Source of the DNA: Bdellovibrionia bacterium
GTDB lineage: Bacteria > Bdellovibrionota > UBA1018
NCBI GenBank assembly: GCA_045805065.1
Contig: JBJMMA010000153.1
Coordinates: 1 to 30,776, forward strand
Direction: 5' to 3'
DNA length: 30,776 nt
How positions within the stretch are numbered: the stretch's first letter is position 1; every line of letters begins with the position of its first letter. Below are positions 26,288 through 30,776 of the stretch, piece after piece. The notes under the pieces were generated by a model. It had not been told where the DNA came from. It worked only from the letters and a program-made list of their open reading frames with translations, and ran no database searches. The position numbers were made by a program, and so were the translations under genes.

Positions 26288-26521
26288 ATGAACCTAAAAA
26301 GAGTCCTTGCGTTAACCTGGGTGGAATTCTTGGCCTTTGCGCTATTTGCCGCATCATCAGTTGCCTGCCCGCTCTGTCACACCGAGACAGGTCAGCAGGT
26401 AAGAGCAGGGATCCTGGGCAGCGACTTTACTTCCAACCTGCTTGTGATTTTAGCTCCATTCCCGGTTTTTGCTCTGGTTGTAGGTTGGATTTACTACGGA
26501 AAGGACTCGAAACTCAAATGA
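26288..26521 (+). CDS. Small membrane/exported protein with CPLCH motif
   Basis: Signal-like N-terminus, ACPLCHTETGQQVRAGI, C-terminal TM helix; ATGA-coupled to the DUF2243 gene. Confidence 0.7.
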   Translation: MNLKRVLALTWVEFLAFALFAASSVACPLCHTETGQQVRAGILGSDFTSNLLVILAPFPVFALVVGWIYYGKDSKLK

Positions 26522-27009
26522 CTCGCCCAAACTTCAGACCTCTGATTGCAGCAGGAGTCACATTAGGAATCGGCATGGGGGGATTTGTCGACGGGATCCT
26601 TCTTCATCAGATTCTTCAAGTACACAACATGCTCTCAAACCGTCGGTTTCCGGATACCTTGGTCAACGTAGAGATCAATATGTTCTGGGACGGTCTTTTT
26701 CATGCATTTACCTGGATGGCCACGTTAGCCGGAATCGCAATGCTTTGGGTATCGACTGCTCGGGGGGACGTTCCACACTCTTCAAGAGCACTTGTGGGTT
26801 CACTCGTGATGGGGTGGGGAATCTTCAATGTGGTTGAAGGAGTGATTGATCATGAAGTCCTTCAAATTCATCATGTCATCCAGCGCGCGCCCTATCCAGC
26901 ACAGCTCTATTGGGATCTTGGCTTTTTATTGTTTGGCGGCGTGAGCCTGATCTATCTGGGTTGGGTGCAACTCAGGAAGGCGATCAGGATCCGCCGCAAC
27001 GCGATTTAA
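26518..27009 (+). CDS. DUF2243-family membrane protein
   Basis: GGFVDGILLHQILQVHNM, WDGLFH, FNVVEGVIDHEVLQIHHV, WDLGFL. Confidence 0.9.
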   Translation: MTRPNFRPLIAAGVTLGIGMGGFVDGILLHQILQVHNMLSNRRFPDTLVNVEINMFWDGLFHAFTWMATLAGIAMLWVSTARGDVPHSSRALVGSLVMGWGIFNVVEGVIDHEVLQIHHVIQRAPYPAQLYWDLGFLLFGGVSLIYLGWVQLRKAIRIRRNAI

Positions 27010-27478
27010 CCCAACCCCCAACTTGCTCAAGCAGCTCTTTTGGCAGGTCATGAACTAGTTCTCTCTGAAGATCCAACAGCGTCATCTTGCTGAGTTCATT
27101 TCTCCAGGCCTGATCGGCCCGATACATGACGCGCGCGATGGCGCAGGGTCCAGTATCACGAGTCTTTGCCGAGCGGCAGGGGCTGTTTTTACGAATTTCA
27201 GTGCATTCAAAAGTCGAGCGGCGACCCTCAATGGCCTCCACGATATCGAGAAAAGAGATCTCCTTCAGGGACTTTGCAAGACGATAGCCCCCACGCGGCC
27301 CAAGAGTCGTGTGTACGATCCCGGCTTGCGAGAGCGCCTGAAGCGCTTTTGAAAGATACTCTTTTGGAACGCCATGAAACTCTGCCAGATCCTTGGTCGC
27401 CAAATAATGGTCTTGAGGTAAAGCCGCCAGGATCGAACAGCAATGGATCGCCCACTCAACTTGATTTCTTAGAATCAT
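26984..27478 (-). CDS. Rrf2-family regulator, RsrR-like [2Fe-2S] redox sensor
   Basis: VEWAIHCC (E8, W9, H12), GPRGGYRL wing, FECTEIR and GPCAIARVM..ADQAWR, matching the S. venezuelae RsrR ligand pattern. Confidence 0.88.
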   Translation of the reverse strand: MILRNQVEWAIHCCSILAALPQDHYLATKDLAEFHGVPKEYLSKALQALSQAGIVHTTLGPRGGYRLAKSLKEISFLDIVEAIEGRRSTFECTEIRKNSPCRSAKTRDTGPCAIARVMYRADQAWRNELSKMTLLDLQRELVHDLPKELLEQVGGWVKSRCGGS

Positions 27479-27493
27479 TCCTATCTATCTAGA

Positions 27494-27970
27494 TCATTTC
27501 AAGCCGGCACGATCAAGCCCATATAGCTTATCGGCCGATCCCGGAACCGGTCTGAATGCAACGGATATACGGTTCCACGCATTGATCGCCGAAATCGCAA
27601 AGGTAAGATCGGTGAGCTCCTTTTCAGAGAATTGAGAACGGGCCTGCTCGAAGATCTCGTCCGAGATGCCTTTGTCTGAAAGCCGGGTGACAGCTTCAGT
27701 CCACTCCAGTGCAGCCCTCTCTTTTTCGGTAAAGAGCGGCGACTCTCGCCAGATGGCGACGTGATGAACGCGGAGATCTCTTTCTCCGTGGATTCTAGCT
27801 TCCTTCACGTGCATATCCACGCAGAACGCGCAGCCGTTCAGCTGCGAAGCGCGGATGTTAATGAGATCGACCAGCGAAGCATCCAATGTTGATTTCACTC
27901 CCAGGGTGAGATCGGTCAAGTGCTTCACTGCGGTTGGGGATTGCTGAAAATAGTTCAATCGAGCGGACAT
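27494..27970 (-). CDS. Carboxymuconolactone decarboxylase / AhpD-like protein
   Basis: IRASQLNGCAFCVDMH, WRESPLFTEKERAALEWTEAVT, INAWNR; ATG 27970 with an AGGAG RBS. Confidence 0.93.
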   Translation of the reverse strand: MSARLNYFQQSPTAVKHLTDLTLGVKSTLDASLVDLINIRASQLNGCAFCVDMHVKEARIHGERDLRVHHVAIWRESPLFTEKERAALEWTEAVTRLSDKGISDEIFEQARSQFSEKELTDLTFAISAINAWNRISVAFRPVPGSADKLYGLDRAGLK

Positions 27971-27982
27971 AGTGTTTCTCCT

Positions 27983-28009
27983 AATTAAGGATATTATATA
28001 TCCATAATT
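27983..28009. promoter_or_regulatory. 12-3-12 inverted repeat AATTAAGGATAT-TAT-ATATCCATAATT, probable RsrR-type operator
   Basis: 11 of 12 arm positions pair, with a 3-nt spacer, directly upstream of the CMD-Rrf2 operon. Confidence 0.75.
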
Positions 28010-28074
28010 TGCGCCAGTCAAACAGGTTCCTAAGTAGCTGCAATATCTCTCTTTATGGGCTTGGCGGACTACTT

Positions 28075-29418
28075 TTATCCGGGCCGGGCAAGTGAACCTG
28101 AGTAAAAATGATCACATCCGGATGACGGGAGGATGCCACCTAAAATCCCTGCCAGCTCTTTACCAACGGAGTGAGACGACGGGTGAGGGGAATCAAGGGG
28201 GCCAGCAATTTCCATCTGGCGTTTCGAGCATCCCTTCTCATCGACGGTCGCGACAAAGAAGTTTTGAAACTTTCGATCCCTGAGGTCAATGCTGCCTCGG
28301 GCAGCAACTGTGCTCTTTGGTGTAGAGAGGGCTACATCTTTTGCTTGGGCGATCCCGTTTTTGATTGACCAGTCCATGACAAGTTTTTGAATCTCAGACA
28401 GACCTAATCCCGAAAAGCCAGAGTTAGCGCCAGGCATTGAGCTTAAGATGGAGGCCAAATTGGTTAATTTTGGTGCGTTCAGTTTGAAGTTCTGACTTTG
28501 GATGGAAACAATTCCGTTCAAGCTTCGCATGATTGATTGAGATTCAGATCCAACGGCATTCAGCTTGATTGATCCATCAATAAGTCCCGAAATCTTATCT
28601 TTCAATGATTGAGCGATCTGCTTGATCTCAACTTGAGACATTTTTTGATCCAGAGTCCACTTGGGAGTTTTGCTTTGGAAGTCTCCTTGAGCAGTACCTT
28701 GAATCGTTCCACTAAAGACCTTTGCGTGTGTGGAATCAAGGCGCAAGATCCCATGGTCGGCATGAATTTTTGTTCTCAGATCTGTAGCCTGAACATCGCC
28801 TACCTGAATTGAGCGGGCCTCAATGGAGCCGTTTAATGACAAAGATTGGATGATATTCTGATCGCTCCAGTCGACACCGGAGAGATGGGTATTTACTCCT
28901 CGTGCCTGGATGCGTTTTTGTGTTGATCGATCCACGTAGTTCAACTCGCCGTTATCGATTTGAATGGATTGGATTTCTCCGGCTGGCGTTGATTCATCAG
29001 CTTTCTTTCCCGCTTTTCCTTTTGACGGGGATGCCGGCTCATAGTTCATTTTTCCGTTCGCAGTTTTCTCAAGATGGACCGTTGGCTGATTGAGCGCAAT
29101 CTTCCCAATGCGGATTTCCTGGTGAATTAAGGAGGAGAAGAGCTTGGGGGTCGCCTCAATGGTCTGAGCGGCTAGCAATTCGGTGCCGCGATTTTTAAGG
29201 TGGACGTCATGAAGAACAATTCGAGCGGATGGAAACAGTTTAAAGCGGATATCCCCACGAATTTGCAAATCCATTGCGGTTGACTGAGCTACAGCAGCCC
29301 GGATTTTCGATTTGTATGGGTTAGCATCAAAAAATAAGCTGATACAAATCAGTGCCAATACGAATAGCCCGACCACTATTCCGATCAATAAGCCTGTTCG
29401 TCGAGCTGCTTTACGCAT
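28075..29418 (-). CDS. AsmA-family protein
   Basis: N-terminal TM anchor, FDANPYKSKI...LQIRGDI.FKLFP and beta-rich AsmA-like repeats; ATG 29418 preferred. Confidence 0.85.
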   Translation of the reverse strand: MRKAARRTGLLIGIVVGLFVLALICISLFFDANPYKSKIRAAVAQSTAMDLQIRGDIRFKLFPSARIVLHDVHLKNRGTELLAAQTIEATPKLFSSLIHQEIRIGKIALNQPTVHLEKTANGKMNYEPASPSKGKAGKKADESTPAGEIQSIQIDNGELNYVDRSTQKRIQARGVNTHLSGVDWSDQNIIQSLSLNGSIEARSIQVGDVQATDLRTKIHADHGILRLDSTHAKVFSGTIQGTAQGDFQSKTPKWTLDQKMSQVEIKQIAQSLKDKISGLIDGSIKLNAVGSESQSIMRSLNGIVSIQSQNFKLNAPKLTNLASILSSMPGANSGFSGLGLSEIQKLVMDWSIKNGIAQAKDVALSTPKSTVAARGSIDLRDRKFQNFFVATVDEKGCSKRQMEIAGPLDSPHPSSHSVGKELAGILGGILPSSGCDHFYSGSLARPG

Positions 29419-29451
29419 GGATGATTTCCTGCTTTGTTCATCCTTATAGGC

Positions 29452-29467
29452 AGCAAGATTCAGACCT
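29452..29467 (-). promoter_or_regulatory. Putative sigma54-type promoter (AGGTCTGAATCTTGCT)
   Basis: GG-N8-TTGC, 34 nt upstream of the AsmA ATG at 29418. Confidence 0.35.
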
Positions 29468-29500
29468 TTGCTGGGCGCGCCATTTGCACTCCTCACTTCC

Positions 29501-29869
29501 GTGTCTCAAGCTGCTCAACTCAGAAATTCCATCCTCGTGATCGCACCCTATTGGAACTCAGGAACCTGGGTGTTCGACGACCCAAGTGTTGGTTTGGTCA
29601 AAGAGCCGTTCGTCTCAGGAGTTCCGGAAATTTTGGATGCACTGGTAGCGGCAATTCCCAACGCAAGATCAGGCTTTCGTCTTTTGTTCTCAGATAGCCC
29701 GTTTCCGGGCTTTCAAGACGAGTTTGTCAAAGTGCGCGAAGAGTACAGCGGAACCTGGTATCGACGCGCAAGCGATGCCCGAGTTGAGGGATGGCTTTGT
29801 CCTGCGCTCTTTAAGTACTACTCAAAGGCACCTGAGCACCTTTTTGTGAGGGCCGAGGCTTTACGATAA
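29501..29869 (+). CDS. DUF6717-family protein
   Basis: NSILVIAPY...WVFDD..GLVKEPFVSG...FPG...EGWLCPALFKYY; start uncertain (TTG 29468 or GTG 29501). Confidence 0.8.
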   Translation: MSQAAQLRNSILVIAPYWNSGTWVFDDPSVGLVKEPFVSGVPEILDALVAAIPNARSGFRLLFSDSPFPGFQDEFVKVREEYSGTWYRRASDARVEGWLCPALFKYYSKAPEHLFVRAEALR

Positions 29870-30776
29870 AGCGTCCGAGCGCAAGAAGAAGCAAGAGGAT
29901 CGCGGAAAGGCAAACACCGCTCCAATGAAACGCGCCCCAGCTCCACGTTCCCAGAAGTGATCCCAAGGCGCCGCCCAGAAAATAGCAGAACATGTACGCG
30001 GTCTGAATTCGGCTTCGGGCTTCCGGAAGAAGGCTAAAGATTCGGCTCTGGTTGCAGATATGGCCCGATTGCACTCCGATATCCATCACGATCACGCCAA
30101 TGGCGAGGCCAACCAGACTCTGAGCAGATACCAGATAGATCAGAAAGGAGATGATCGTTACAATGATCATGATTCCCGATCCGGTTCTCGCGTCACGACG
30201 ATCGGTCAAAGCTCCCACCCAAGGCGTGGCAAGCGCCGCTGCAGCGCCAAGCAAACCAAAGAGTCCCACCGCACGAGCTCCCAGATTAAAGGCTGGCGTC
30301 TCCATCAGGTGGATGAGGTTTGCCCAAAAAGCACTGAATGCGCCAAAAAGCATCGCGCCAAAAAAGCTGGATTCCCGAAGGACAGGCTCTGAGCGAAAAA
30401 TTTCGCCCACTGATCGAATGAGTCCCGAGTACTTTCCATGAAAAGTAGGTTCGCTTTTAGGAATAAAGATCGCGAGTAGCACAGTAACCAAAAGAACGAC
30501 AACTGCGGCCATCCCAAACATGGCGCGCCAACCGAATGCTGCCCCGATGAACCCCGCGACGGTCCGGGCAAGAAGAATTCCAAGTAAAAGCCCGCTCATC
30601 ATCGTGCCGACCACTCGACCTCGCTGATTGGCAGGAGCCAAATGCGCGGCAAAAGGGATAATCAGCTGAGGAGTGGTAGTTCCCAGCCCCAGCGCAAGGC
30701 TTGCAATCGCAATTGAAAGGAAGCTCGGTGAGAGTGCAACCCACGCTAACAAAAACGCTGAAAGAAAAGTGAAACC
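29811..30776 (-). CDS. MFS transporter, 5' end outside the window
   Basis: QLIIPFAAHLAP..RGRVVGTMMSGLLLGILLART...GWRAMF, NQSRIF...YFLGGALGS; the frame is open to the window edge. Confidence 0.92.
   Translation of the reverse strand, partial: GFTFLSAFLLAWVALSPSFLSIAIASLALGLGTTTPQLIIPFAAHLAPANQRGRVVGTMMSGLLLGILLARTVAGFIGAAFGWRAMFGMAAVVVLLVTVLLAIFIPKSEPTFHGKYSGLIRSVGEIFRSEPVLRESSFFGAMLFGAFSAFWANLIHLMETPAFNLGARAVGLFGLLGAAAALATPWVGALTDRRDARTGSGIMIIVTIISFLIYLVSAQSLVGLAIGVIVMDIGVQSGHICNQSRIFSLLPEARSRIQTAYMFCYFLGGALGSLLGTWSWGAFHWSGVCLSAILLLLLALGRFIVKPRPSQKGAQVPLSST

Noticed and set aside
1..30776. CRISPR array, tRNA/rRNA, IS element, integrase or prophage
   Set aside because: I saw no spaced direct repeats, RNA-gene signatures, transposase/integrase motifs or obvious composition shift, and intergenic gaps are short.

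Overview
Gene-dense bacterial chromosomal window of roughly 50% GC with about 36 supportable CDSs. I see no rRNA, tRNA, CRISPR array or mobile element. The HAMP-less MCP style, sigma54-type promoters and frequent C-terminal -AA endings suggest a Bdellovibrionota/Oligoflexia-like or other delta-group organism, but this is inference only. The left part looks like a general-stress region: a partial KaiC-like ATPase missed by the ORF track, two DUF1990 genes, a DUF4126-like gene and murI. The centre holds the most interesting locus: a LigD with the unusual domain order ligase-phosphoesterase-polymerase and no Ku gene in the window. It is flanked on both sides by two paralogous basic-tailed proteins of an uncharacterised family (LQAARA..LGL..AKSW.LNRAIFY) and followed by a DUF488-like gene, a Zn-dehydrogenase and a shortened SRPBCC protein. 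The right part has a TetR-TolC-EmrA-EmrB efflux operon with two operator palindromes, an orphan PAS histidine kinase, an MCP, a PAP2 phosphatase, pdxH, ada-alkA/ogt, an RsrR-like Rrf2 regulator with its predicted operator next to a CMD/AhpD gene, AsmA, DUF6717 and a partial MFS transporter.
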